NCBI GenBank assembly: GCA_964016885.1
Contig: OZ024741.1
Span: 377,022,001 to 377,086,000 of the forward strand
Origin: Eledone cirrhosa
Lineage: Eukaryota
Length of the DNA: 64,000 nucleotides
Direction of reading: 5' to 3'
The notes below the pieces were generated by a model, which worked only from the letters and a program-made list of their open reading frames with translations, did not search any database and was not told the DNA's origin. How positions within the stretch are numbered: position 1 is the first letter of the stretch; the number at the start of each line of letters is the position of its first letter. A program made the translations under genes and the position numbers. Shown here piece by piece: positions 12,123-25,779 of this stretch.

Positions 12123-14142
12123 ATGAGTTTGACTATTGGTTCTGTAAAGAAAATATAACATTAGAGATGTTTGAACAATATGATAAAAATCCAAAGGCAA
12201 AACATGCAAGAATGTCAGTGTTTGGGAGCTAACCAATAATTCAATTACTAAATTGCAACGCTCTATCATTCATCCAATCTGCTATTACAAAGTACAGAAC
12301 CACAGGAGTATGCTGTCAACTAATTCCAGTGATCAGAATAGAGGAAACGGTAACAAGCAGGATAGTTATGGAGATGCGCTGAAAGAATCATTCCCACCCA
12401 AGTGACTTATTAGTGTGTGTGGACAGCTCTGCTTGGATAGCAGCGTATAGCGAGGAAATCTGTTTTCAGTTGAATGGAGAAAAGAGCACAACATGAAAGC
12501 AAAGAAAGCATTTAATGCTATTCACTGGATAATTTTATAAATATTACTATCAGAGTTTATGTCTGAAAGTCTGTGTTGAATATCAGATCATCGATGTTTG
12601 GACTCTAACTTAAACAAACATAAAGTGAATAGTTCAATGACACACATTTGGATAGAAAATAAAACAAAACGCCCTTCATGCACTAGCAAACAATTTCGTA
12701 ATTTGGAACCACAATTATAGACACCAATACAGTTAAATATCAGGAAGTTAAGGTTTTACGGACAATAAACTTTGTCTTCGATGGATTACGGATTGAGATA
12801 GTACGGTATGATTTGCAGATGCAGCTAAATTATTTTTCACATAGATTTTTTGTTGTGCCAATACAAGTGAAATTCACCTTTGTATATTCCATGTTACTTG
12901 TCATTTCTGCAAATCAAGGAAAACCTTTTTCGTTATTAATAAATCTTTTCAACGTCGAGTTTTTTGTTTGCGATTTAGTATTTACTATGCTCTGATTACA
13001 AGAGTGTAACGTTCGTTATGTTAGAATACGCTAAGAATGGAAATAACAATTTGTACTATAAAAACGTTTAAAACTCTATGAATATCTCATAGACAAAGAA
13101 AATTAAAAGACTTGGCACACACATTTGTACGATTTTATATAACTCTATATGCATACATACAACATATATTGATGGTAAGTACAGAGAATCGGGAATACAT
13201 AACGTAGTACATATACATTTACCATATGTATCTAAATCTATTCAAATTTTGAAATCATTTAGCATATATTAATATTCTGTTAATCCATGCTATATACATA
13301 TTTACAAACATATGCCATCGTAAAAAAATATATACATAAACATACTTTTTGAATCAAATTTCATTCAGAATTACTGTATGTTTATTATGATTGAATAAAT
13401 TGTATGTATGATGTACAAAACTTTAGAAGTCACTCTATCTATATTGTCATATATAATCCATAATTACTCGCATCTTCCGAATTGCATTCCAAATATTTAT
13501 TAACAGTACTGAATTATGGAAATCGATTTTAGTTTCAGAGCAAATGCATATGAATATGTATATAAAATGTCATATTTAAGACGAGAATAACAAATGTTGC
13601 TTGTAAATAAATTTTCATTCATTTTATTGTCGAATCTCAGTTATTGTTGGGTATTTTTTCGGTTTTCTTCCATTAAAAACACATTTTTTTTCATTTCTAC
13701 CTTATTGAATTCCCGAAGAAGCAAACGACTAAAACTGGACATTTATCACAATTATTGATTTTTATGGACTAGACACAAAGCAAATTTTTATAAGTAATTG
13801 GGAATATATATAAGATTACAAAAATTTAAGAAATGTTTTGGCAATATTTAATATAGTAGAAATATGTCAATCCAAAGGCAGTATTGCATAATTCATGTAA
13901 GTGAATCTTACAATTGATGTTTACGAGTTCAGAACGTTCGTACTTCAGTTCGTTGTTATAATTGCCATTTGATTTCTGAAAACCACTGGGGCGAAAGTCA
14001 GCGTGAAGATCAAACAGTCTATAATAGCAAATTAAGTCCGGTATCTAGTCGAGTTTGACCAAATAATATTTTTAATTAGTCATAATCATTGATTTCTATA
14101 TCGCACTGAAATATTTTACTACTGGTCACAACGTTATTAAAC

Positions 14143-14325
14143 GGGGGGTGGATTGGCAGTATCGGTAGAGGGTCGGACGCCATGCTTTCCAGCATAGTTA
14201 CGTCCCTTTACGATCTGAGTTCAAATCCCGCCGAGGTTGACTTTGCCTTTCATCCTTACGGGGTCGACAAAATAAAGTACCAGTAATTATTTGCTGGCCT
14301 TGTGCCTAAAGTAGAAACAGTTATT
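14143..14325 (+). mobile_element. Full-length tRNA-derived SINE family A
   Basis: A-box-like tggcagtatcggtag, B-box gagttcaaatccc, then the shared central domain and tail. Confidence 0.88.
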
Positions 14326-15794
14326 AAACACATCAATTGGAGAGTATATAACGAAAACGCGGATTTAGAATACAAAGCAATCATAATGTACTTCTACTGC
14401 TGAGATGTACCCTAACGTTGTAATGACTGTCTACATTATATGAAATGCTACACAAAATTTACAATACTAACATACACATAAACATATGGATATATATCAA
14501 CATGAAAACCTTTCAAGTAAAGAACTTCTATGCTGGACTGTATTCACTTTTGACTAAGTTGTATTTGCCATTGTATCGTGCCTCAAGTATCTATAAACGT
14601 TGATACGAAGTAGGAGATATGAAAATCATTAATGTTTTTTCATGTTTACCTAACCTAATCTGCATGGATTTCACCTATGAATTAAATTGGACACTCAAAT
14701 CAATTCTGACCTATCAATCACTATTTTTAGTCCAAATTCCACAGTTGTTTTTAAAGTCACACATAAATGAAACATCTGGAAGAAGCCACTATATTTGTGG
14801 AAAATTTCTAAAAGTATTTTATAGCAATTCTGTATGAATGTATTTGAAGCATATTGTTTTTATTTTTCACAGTGATAAATATTATTTGGATTTCAATAAC
14901 TCACTATAAAAGAAATTATTCTAGACATTTAAAACACATTATTTATTTCATAAGCCATACAAAATTAAATATTATATTTAGAATTAGAGCACCAGTTGCC
15001 CGAACGGTTGTGACAGCTGGCAAAATATTAGTAAACTAGTTGGCATACAGTCAGTATTTTGAATGGAATATAAAAAAATAGAAAGAAATATCAACGAATG
15101 TGCCAAGTATTTTGTCGAGATTAAAAGCTATTTAGAACTTCTGTGAATGAATAATAAACAATTGAATACATCAAGGTATTCTATGCAAAATTTGCATTGT
15201 TATTGTAATTAGCATAGTGTTGAAGTATTGATTCTATGTAAAAGCATAGCAAAGTAACTGGCTCTTTATTAATACATCTCAATTAATCTGATTACCTGAG
15301 AGTTATAGTTTGACGGCTTGTTTTGAATTAATAGATTTGTATTAAGATTTAATTTACTTTGATTAATTATAAAAGCATGGTATTTAGACATGGCGAACAA
15401 GATATTTGGTCTATTTGCGAAAATAATGACCAGATATAGAGAAAGGTTATTATCTATTTGAATTGTGACCTCGATCAAAGTACAGGTAACTGCTGCTGAT
15501 AAGCTGTTGTGAAAATAAAGATTCAAGTTCATTTAATTTCATGTAGCAACCATTTATACATATTCGCATTTACGGTATAGCTCCGATAAAGATACTGGCA
15601 TTCACACATATGCACAAGCACACACACACACACTGGAGCTCACAGCAAGTCACACTTATATACCCACTCACATACAAAAAGAGACATACACATATACTTC
15701 TCTCTCTTTGTGTATATGTATAAACACACGCACATACGCACACATACACACATACACACACAAACACAAACATATATATGCGTGTATGAGTGTG

Positions 15795-16060
15795 TGGAGG
15801 AACGTGGCCTAGTGGTAAGGGTGTCAGACTTACGATGATAATGTCGTGGGTTCGATTCCTGGGGTGCGTGCTGTGTTCTTGAGCAAAACGCTTTATTTCA
15901 CGTTGCTCCAGTATACTCAACTGAACATGACTACCAGTAATTGCCTGGGATTTGACCCTGCGATGGAATGGCGTCCTGTCCCTTGGGGAGTCTTGTGCTT
16001 CACGCCATGATAAGTCGCTTCGTGTCGGGATAAGCACCGGCCAAATGAGTCTTCTAGCTT
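15795..16060 (+). mobile_element. tRNA-derived SINE family B (CORE-like)
   Basis: A-box tggcctagtggtaagg and B-box ggttcgattcc, then gtgttcttgagcaaaacgctttatttcacgttgctccag and ccctgcgatggaatggcgtcctgtcc. Confidence 0.75.
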
Positions 16061-16099
16061 AAGACAGACATAATATATATATGTATATATATATTTCAA

Positions 16100-17625
<1,526 letters not shown>

Positions 17626-17930
17626 CATGTTGCCAATAAGAAACGCACGCACCAGTGTCTTTCACTTCAATTTATTATAATAAATTTATAAATTTAGGAA
17701 TTTATAAATTTCCGGTTGGTTGGTTGGTTCCACAAACCCGAAGAACTAGAGAGACACATACACCACTTCATCCACCGTATGTAGTTCTGTGGTTACAATC
17801 AGAGAGATAAAATCAGAGTGTATAGAGGAGCCAGAAACAAATGGGAAAAAAATGGTAAATAATGACACAAATGGAACCTGCCCTTGTATAGGAGCAAATT
17901 TTGGAATAGAATAGAAAGAACTAGGAATAG

Positions 17931-18855
17931 ACATTTTCATCCATTCGATCATAATTTCATCCTTCAAGTTGGCAAGTTCATTCTCATTCATTTCTTTATC
18001 ATTTACGATCTCATTATTTTCATTTGGAGTTTCATCTTGAGCATGCACTCCCTCCACTTTTTCGATCCTTTCTTTAATTTGTTCTGTTGTCAGTGATTCC
18101 GCCCCAGCCCTGGGATTCGAAGTGTTACAATTTACCTCGTTTTCACTGACACATGTTTCATTTTCCATTCGCTGACTTTGTGCTAATAGCTTGATCTGAT
18201 CAATTTCTATATCAGTTAGTAACTTTTTTTTTTACAATATTTCTTCGTATATTGGCTAGTTTGTTACTGTCAATATAGCCTCTGTTTTCGGGATGTTTCT
18301 TTTTCCAGTTGATATATGTCTGTTCTGTATTCGATGTATTTGATGGGTAGTACATAGCAGTGTAGAAAGCCTCAAGAATTACTTTATTATCTTCCCTTGT
18401 CCATTTTTCTCTCTTTTTCTTTGGATTTCTTGATGGTGAGCATGGAGGGCCAACAGTAGGAGTATTCCGCTTACGGGAGGTTTCCAGCTCCGAAGTGATG
18501 GGAAGGTTTGAACCATTAGCTGATTTTTCGACCCCAGTCTGTTTCCTCTCTGAGAGACGCGGCCCTTTTTGACCCGGGTGACGGCCGATCCGGTATGAGA
18601 TTTTATCATTAGACATTTACTTTATTTTGTCGCGTTTTAGCCTTATCCGCCAAGGGGTAATCATTTCGTGTTACCACTTCTAGAACGAGTGTCAACCAAG
18701 ACTAGAGGGGTCGTTCTCCCCTGGAGACACGGCTATTCCCCGCCGGCCGCCATCCCGGTATTTCTCGGTCACGGGGTTTTCTTTTTTGTTGTTTTTTTAA
18801 ATTGTTATTATCATGAGTGGTTCCTTAATGTGAGCATTGCGTGGCTTAAGAATGA
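17931..18855 (-). mobile_element. 5' fragment (UTR + ORF N-terminus) of the R4/Dong element
   Basis: Near-identical to ~23150-23930 (MSNDKISYRIGRHPGQKGPRLSERKQTG...). Begins next to a short TAA-like tract. Confidence 0.9.
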
Positions 18856-20026
18856 CATTATTAATATTATAATATACTTTTTGCTGAAGTTGCCTGTTAT
18901 TGTTGTTGGCTATGTCGGTGGTGGTGCTGGGCCTTTTTCTATTGTTGGTGGGGAAGGGGGGATCCAGCAGTACCATAGTCGTTGACGTTTGGCCGGTGGC
19001 CGGGTCACTAAGTCAATCTATTTATATCTTGTGCTAGCCTCTCCCTTGTCTAGTGATACTGCCAGCTTCCCCTTTCTTAAGTCAACAGAAGGTAATGGGG
19101 GAATAGTGGTGGTAGCAATGAAGGAGTGGTGGCGGCGGTGATGGCATAGTGGTAGCAATGATGGATGGAGTGGTGGCGGCGGTGACTATAGTGATGGCGT
19201 TGTCCTTACTGAGTTTTGTTGAATAGACTATAGTTTTGTTTGATCTGTGTATCCATCCGTTTGTCGCGTATGTTTAATATATGTGTTGACATATTTTTCT
19301 TAATATTGGATTTAAACATTTTGTGAAAACTTGAGACAATAAAATTAGTAATTATTACTAGTATGCTGGGATTGGTGGTGGTGGTGGTGAAATTGCCGTT
19401 ATCTGGCTTTTGTATTTAGTGTACACAGCGGGGTGATGGGATAGGTGGTGTATCTAGTTTGTGGTGTTGGTGAAATTGCTGTTATTTGGCTGTTCTATAT
19501 AGTGTAGACAGAGGGGGTTTTCTTCCTTTTATAACCATTTTCTTTTTTGAATATAAAATGTATAATACAAAATTAAATATCTGAGCGATATAATAGGATA
19601 TTATGGATCCCAATTTTCTGAGACTTGAGTCTGGTGTTTTATGTAACATTTGTACTAAGAATTGTTATTTCACAATTGATTTAAATATGTTAAAAATCAA
19701 AAGCTTACGGTAGCGATTTCATGACCTTCTATCCACCACGTGCGTCTTCTTCCCTTATATTATTATTATTATTATTATTACAGTTGCATTTATCTTGCTT
19801 TTATAGCCATTTCCTTTTTTGAATATACAATGTACAATACAAAGTTGAATATTTGAGCCTTATAACAATATATTTTGGGTCCGAATTTTTTTGGGGCTCA
19901 AGCCGGATGCTTTACGTAACATTTGTACTAAGAATTGTTATTTCACAAATGATTTAAATATGTTAAAAATTCAAAACTTACGGGAGCGATTTCACGACCT
20001 TCTATCCACCACGTGTGTCTTCCTCC

Positions 20027-20027
<1 letters not shown>
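18856..20027 (-). mobile_element. Probable 5' UTR / Pro-Thr-rich ORF1 remnant of another non-LTR element, 5' end tandemly duplicated
   Basis: CCA-rich minus strand. About 19527-19800 is duplicated at ~19800-20105, and each unit starts (on the minus strand) right after a (TAA)n tract. Confidence 0.35.

Positions 20028-20084
<57 letters not shown>
20028..20084. repeat. (TTA)n microsatellite at the Dong 3' junction
   Basis: Pure TTA run. Confidence 0.95.
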
Positions 20085-20085
<1 letters not shown>

Positions 20086-23000
20086 AGTTGCATTCATCTT
20101 GCTTTATGTTCATACGAGTTATCACCAAGTCACAACCAGTGACCTCAAGAGACAACAAGGTCCGCCATGTTCAAGAAAGAACATACATACTCACACATGC
20201 ATCTTTAGTGTTTAGACTTGTGATGTACTTATATTGACAGAATCTTCCTTAGTATATGGGCAGTTCCCATTAGTACTATCTTTTGTATTTCTCCTATACG
20301 CGGGTTTCCTGGGATTTGCGATAAGTAATCATTAGACCCCTTAGGTATCATTCCCAGAGCGCCTACAACCACTGGTATTGTTTTAGTTCTCAATTTCCAC
20401 ATTTTTCCAATTTCTATCTCCAGGTCCTTATACTTGCTCAATTTTTCAAATGTTTTTATAGATACATTCTTGTCTATTGGAACGGACATATCAATTAGCA
20501 GGCATACCCTCTTTTAAAGTCCTTCAATATTATATCAGGTCTATTTGCATCTATTTTTCGGTCTGTTTGGATGCTAAACTTCCACAAGATTGAGATGTGA
20601 TCTTTTTCAAGTATGGGAGGTGGTTGATGCTCCCACCAATTCTTTTGATGGGGCAGGTCAAAATGCTTACACATTATCCAATGTATGTATTGTGCAGCTC
20701 TGTCATGCCTGTTTAGGTATTCGGTTGGAGCTATAGGACTGCACATTGAAATTATATGGTCAATGGTCTCTGGTTGTTTTTTGCATACACGGCATAATGG
20801 GCTGCATCCATTTTTTATTATGTTGGCTTGGTAATCTTTTGTCTCCGATTTCAGTCCAGAGGATGCCAACCACTGATGGGTTAAAGTTTTGTCAACATCA
20901 GGATTGTTAGCTCGCTCTGGGTATTTTCCATACAGAGGCTTTTCTTGCCATTTCTTAGCCAGTTTCTGTAGCAGTTCTTTCTTTGCAGTTACTTTTACCT
21001 GCTTTGCTTTTTCTGTGTTTCCATTTCAGCAGTAAATGAGACTTCTGAAATTTGTAGTCCATTACTGTATCTTTGTGCATCTTTTGTAATGGAATATGAT
21101 CTTTTGATGCTTTCGTGTTTCAAAACGAGTTTGATCATCCAATCATCTGATTCCCTTAGATATGTAGATAATCCAATTGTTGCAGTTTTCAACGCAACGT
21201 CTAACTGGATTAACCCACGTCCTCCTTCGTTCCTAGGGATATATATTCTATCTATATCTGCCTTAGGGTGATGCATTCTGTGCATGGTTAAGAATTTTCG
21301 AATTTTTGTATCGAGCCTACGGATCTCTGTGCTTGACCAGTTGATGACATTGTAACTGTAGGTTACTACTGGTATGGCAAGCGTGTTTATGGCATCGATC
21401 CTATTCCTTGCATTCAATTCCGTTCTTAAGATTGCTCTTACTCTGCGGTAACATTCCTTCCTTATCCTTTCCCTCATTGTCGAGTGCTTGATTCTCTCTC
21501 CTTCACAATCACCTAGATATTTGTAAGTTACCTCTTGATCAAGTTCTCTTATCACGTTCCCCCGATCAAGATTAATGTCTGAACTTTTCAGCAGCTTTCC
21601 TCTGGTGAACGTTGCTTTGGCGCATTTATCTAGTCCAAACTCCATTTTAATGTCATCACTGAACTGCTCCACAGTGGATAATAGCCCTTGCAATTGTTCA
21701 TCATTTTTTGCAAATAGTTTCAGGTCATCCATGTAGAACAGGTGATTAATGGTTTTGTCATAGACTTTATATCCTTGTTTTGTTTCATTGAGCATTTTAC
21801 TTAATGGTATAAGTGCGATGCAGAATAAAAGCGGTGATAAAGAGTCACCCTGAACAATTTCAAAATTAATATTAACTTCTCCAGCTTCCAGTGATTTTGT
21901 TTCACTATTCAAAAGAAGTGTGCTTTTCCATGTCTTCATACTGAATGACAAAAACCTCCTGACAACGGGGGATATTTTGAAAATCTCTAAACATTTTTCA
22001 ATCCAACTGTGTGACAAACTATCGAATGCTTTTTTATAATCTATCCAAGCAATCGATAGATTTTTGTGTCTATTATGACAATCTTCCAGTATCATTTTGT
22101 TAACCAGAAGCTGATCCTTACAGCCATATGAGTCTCGTTTACACCCTTTCTGCTCAATGGGAAATAGGTCATTTGTTATCAGGTGGTCATATGTGTATTC
22201 AGTTAGGACTGATGTTAAAATTTTATACATTGTGGTCAAGCAAGTTATCGGTCTGTAATTTTGGGGATTGTTTGTCTCATCATTCTTCGGAAGCAGGAAT
22301 GTAATGCCGTTTACTAGCCATGATGGTATCTTTTCTGGCTCCTTAACTATATCATTGTAAAGTTGGGCTAACAGCTCATGAGACTCTGTGAAGGCATTTA
22401 TCCAAAAGTTTTGTATTTTGTCTTTTCCTGGGGATTTCCATTTGCTGGTTTTTCTTAGAGCCAAGCGCAACTGTTCAACTGTTATATTTTCCCATATTTG
22501 TTCCTCAAGGTGAGCTGTATCATTAATTTGTCTGTCTATCCATGGGGCATGTATGTTATGAACTTTTTCTTCGGCCCAGATCTTTTCCCAGAATTCTTGC
22601 ACTTCCTCCTTGGGTGGTATTGATTTAGCAGTTATTGTTGACTTACCAATTTTTCTGTAGAAGTTTCTTTGGTTGTTTTTGAACATATTATTGTCCTTAT
22701 AGAATCTAGATCGTTTTTCAAAGCGCCTGATACGAGCAGCTTTGGCCGACACTTTTTGCTTGATTATTTCTATCAGCATGTCTATGTCATATGTTGATTT
22801 TATACTGTACTTTTTTTTCAATTTTCTAAGTTTAGTTTGTTTAACATGTTCACCTACTTTATAGTTTGTTAGAATGTCTGTCAGATCGGAGAAGGTATTT
22901 GGCGATTGATGTTCTCTTGCCAAGTAGATTTCTTGTGGGAATTCCTTTGTTTTTTCATCTTCACTCCACATAAGTGAGTGGTGACTTTAGCCGATGCATA

Positions 23001-23930
23001 ATATAGATGATTTAAATCAGTAATGTTTAGTTTGTTTGTGATGATAATTATTTTTGAGAATTATGTTAGTCTTATGTATTATCTTTTGGTTCTGTTTGGA
23101 GTTCTGGATCTTAGGGAGGGTGTCTCGTTGCCCCATGTCAGATTCTTTCATTTTCATCCATTCGATCATAATTTCATCCTTCAAGTTGGCAAGTTCATTC
23201 TCATTCATTTCTTTATCATTTACGATCTCATTATTTTCATTTGGAGTTTCATCCAGAGCATGCACTCCCTCCACTTTTTCGATCCTTTCTTTAATTTGTT
23301 CTGTTGCCAGTGATTCCACCCCAACCCTGGGATTCGAAGTGTTACAGTTTACCTCGTTTTCACTGTCACATGTTTCATTTTCCCTTCGCTGACTTTGTGC
23401 TGATAGCTTGATCTGATCAATTTCTATATCAGTTAGTAACTTTTTTTTTACAATATTACTTTATTATCTTCCCTTGTCCATTTTTCTCTCTTTTTCTTTG
23501 GATTTTTTGATGGTGAGCATGGAGGGCCAACAGTAGGAGTATTCCGGTTACGGGAGGTTTCCAGCTCCGAAGTGATGGGAAGGTTTGAACCATTAGCTGA
23601 TTTTTCGACCCCAGTCTGTTTCCTCTCTGAGAGACGCGGCCCTTTTTGACCCGGGTGACGGCCGATCCGGTATGAGATTTTATCATTAGACATTTACTTT
23701 ATTTTGTCGCGTTTTATCCTTATCCGCCAAGGGGTAATCGTTTCGTGTTACCACTTCTAGAACGAGTGTCAACCAAGACTAGAGGGGTCGTTCTCCCCTG
23801 GAGACACGGCTATTCCCCGCCGGCCGCCATCCCGGTATTTCTTAGTCACGGGGTTTTCTTCTGTTGTTTTTTTAAATTGTTATTATCATGCGTGGTTCCT
23901 TAATGTGAGCATTGCGTGGCTTAAGAATGA
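20085..23930 (-). mobile_element. Full-length R4/Dong-clade non-LTR retrotransposon inserted in (TAA)n
   Basis: Single RT + CCHC + RLE ORF, with (TAA)n on both sides in the element's orientation. Confidence 0.9.
20229..23693 (-). pseudogene. Disrupted R4/Dong ORF: RT, CCHC zinc knuckle, restriction-like endonuclease
   Basis: WKSPGKDKI, NYRPITCL, WIDYKKAFDS, QGDSLSPLLF, HLFYMDDLKL, YKYLG (ORF 20995-22971). CRVCKKQPETIDHIISMC and ANRPDIILKD (20495-20869). EKLSKYKDLEIEI..PVVVGALG (20229-20489). Several frameshifts. Confidence 0.92.
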
Positions 23931-23931
23931 A

Positions 23932-23961
23932 ATTATTATTATTATTATTATTATTATTATT
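23932..23961. repeat. (TTA)n tract shared as 5' flank by the Dong and Tx1-like elements
   Basis: About 10 TTA units between two divergently oriented element 5' ends. Confidence 0.95.
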
Positions 23962-24349
23962 GGCGACCTACGTAGTAAATCGTATCATCGTTAGATCCGC
24001 AAAGGTCTGTTATTTCCGTTTCTTAAAAATTGCCATTTATGGCAAATTTTTATTGTTAACCATATATAAGCGCACATACATTGTTTTCCGAAAAGGACAC
24101 CCAAAAATATTGGGGCCTTGTACCCAAAATTTAAACTTTTATGATTATCAAAAAATTTCTTTGAAAAAAAATGGCTAATTCACCTCTGCACCAAGCAGCT
24201 GAAAGCCTTTCTCACAAATTAACACCTCACACAGACACCACCATTGTAAATGTTACTACGTTTGCCAACACAAAAAAATATAAGCAGTAGCAATATTTTA
24301 AATTTGTCTCAGGCAGACATTCATTTCCCGCCATTACCAATGACTGCAG

Positions 24350-25740
24350 GTGTTAAAGCCTCCACCACCACCACCACCGCGACAACCACCACCCCCACCA
24401 CCACCGCGACAACAGAAACAAAAGAAGAAAAAAAATAAATTAACTCCTGATGTCGAAATGAAATCAAGCAAAATGGACTCTTCCCAACCAAAGACGACTG
24501 ACGTCACCACCACCACAACTGAAACTAAAATTAATATTAACACAAATAACGATAGCAACAACAACAACAACAATGACATTATAAAAAACACCCTCAGTTT
24601 TGCCAGAGTAGCAAAACAGTTCGAAGCATTTACGGTAACTCAGGAGGATTTAGAAAATGCCAAACAAATGGTAAAGAAAGATGGGTACAGAGTCAGCCTC
24701 ACCCCCACCTAATAAAATGGAGCATCGGCGCCTATACACCGTGTCGTATCGAACAATAAATGTAAAATCGCGCCGAGTGGAACGGGCATCCGAGTCCCAA
24801 ATCCAAAAAGCTTTGGGACATGTGTGGGCAAGAAAAAACCCACATCAGACGTGGGCAGAAGTATGGAACGGTGGACGTGTTCTTTGAAACACCAGAGGAG
24901 GCTAGAGAACACTCCATGGCCCCATTAAGAAGTGACGACTTCACACTCGTCCCAAGCTATTGTGGCCAGCGACTCGTAAAGATCAGGGTGACCCACGTTC
25001 CACCACCACCATCAGCAAAACCAACACCACCACCACCCAACACTTCAGAACTAGCACCAGCGCCTACACCATCCACCACGCCACAAGTAAAACTAACGCC
25101 TGTGGAGGATTTTCCACTCCCCGGCCTATCACAACTGGAGACAGATTGTGACGACGAGGAGTGGGAAACGATATCCGGGGGAAAAAAAGAAACCAAAAAA
25201 GAAAAACATTCTCTTCCTTCCCCCTCCAAAAACAAAATACAGAGGGAAACAAATAAATTAAGAAACAAAAAAGTTAGGACAGATATGCCACTATCCACAC
25301 CAGCATCACCAACCCCATCAACCCAAACACCAACACCATCACCATCATTAACCCCAACACCACCATCACCTACACCACAAAAGTCACCAAAATGCGAAAC
25401 AGAAACAAACCCACAACAAACGCAAACAAAACAAAACAACCAAAACGATACACACTACACAGCATTAAATTTGAACAACAAGCAATTATTACACTACATC
25501 CAACACAACACCAGCATCACAGAAAAAGACTACACAACAACCCCAAAATTCACACCACCTCCACACATACAAATCACTCGCATCACACAGAAAACGTACA
25601 TGACACTAAAAGAAAAATTCCCCAAAGACATCGGAGACTTCCGACAAGCATCTCCAGGAGGATTTATAAGGACATCCTTCCTGAGGAGGCCACAAGCAGT
25701 GAAAAGGATGGAAAAACCGTCCTTCCCCTACGAGAAGTAA
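24350..25740 (+). pseudogene. LINE ORF1 (gag-like, Pro/Thr-rich, partial RRM-like region), frameshifted
   Basis: SFARVAK and IRRGQKYGTVDVFFETPEEA...VPSYCGQRLVKIRVTHVPP. Lies immediately upstream of ORF2. Confidence 0.7.
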
Positions 25741-25779
25741 GGTAAGTGGTCTTTCCCATCTTTTCCACTCCTTTTCAAC

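Noticed and set aside
14143-16060. tRNA-like A/B boxes at 14150-14230 and 15800-15860
   Set aside because: These are SINE heads followed by SINE bodies. No complete cloverleaf forms, so they are not tRNA genes.
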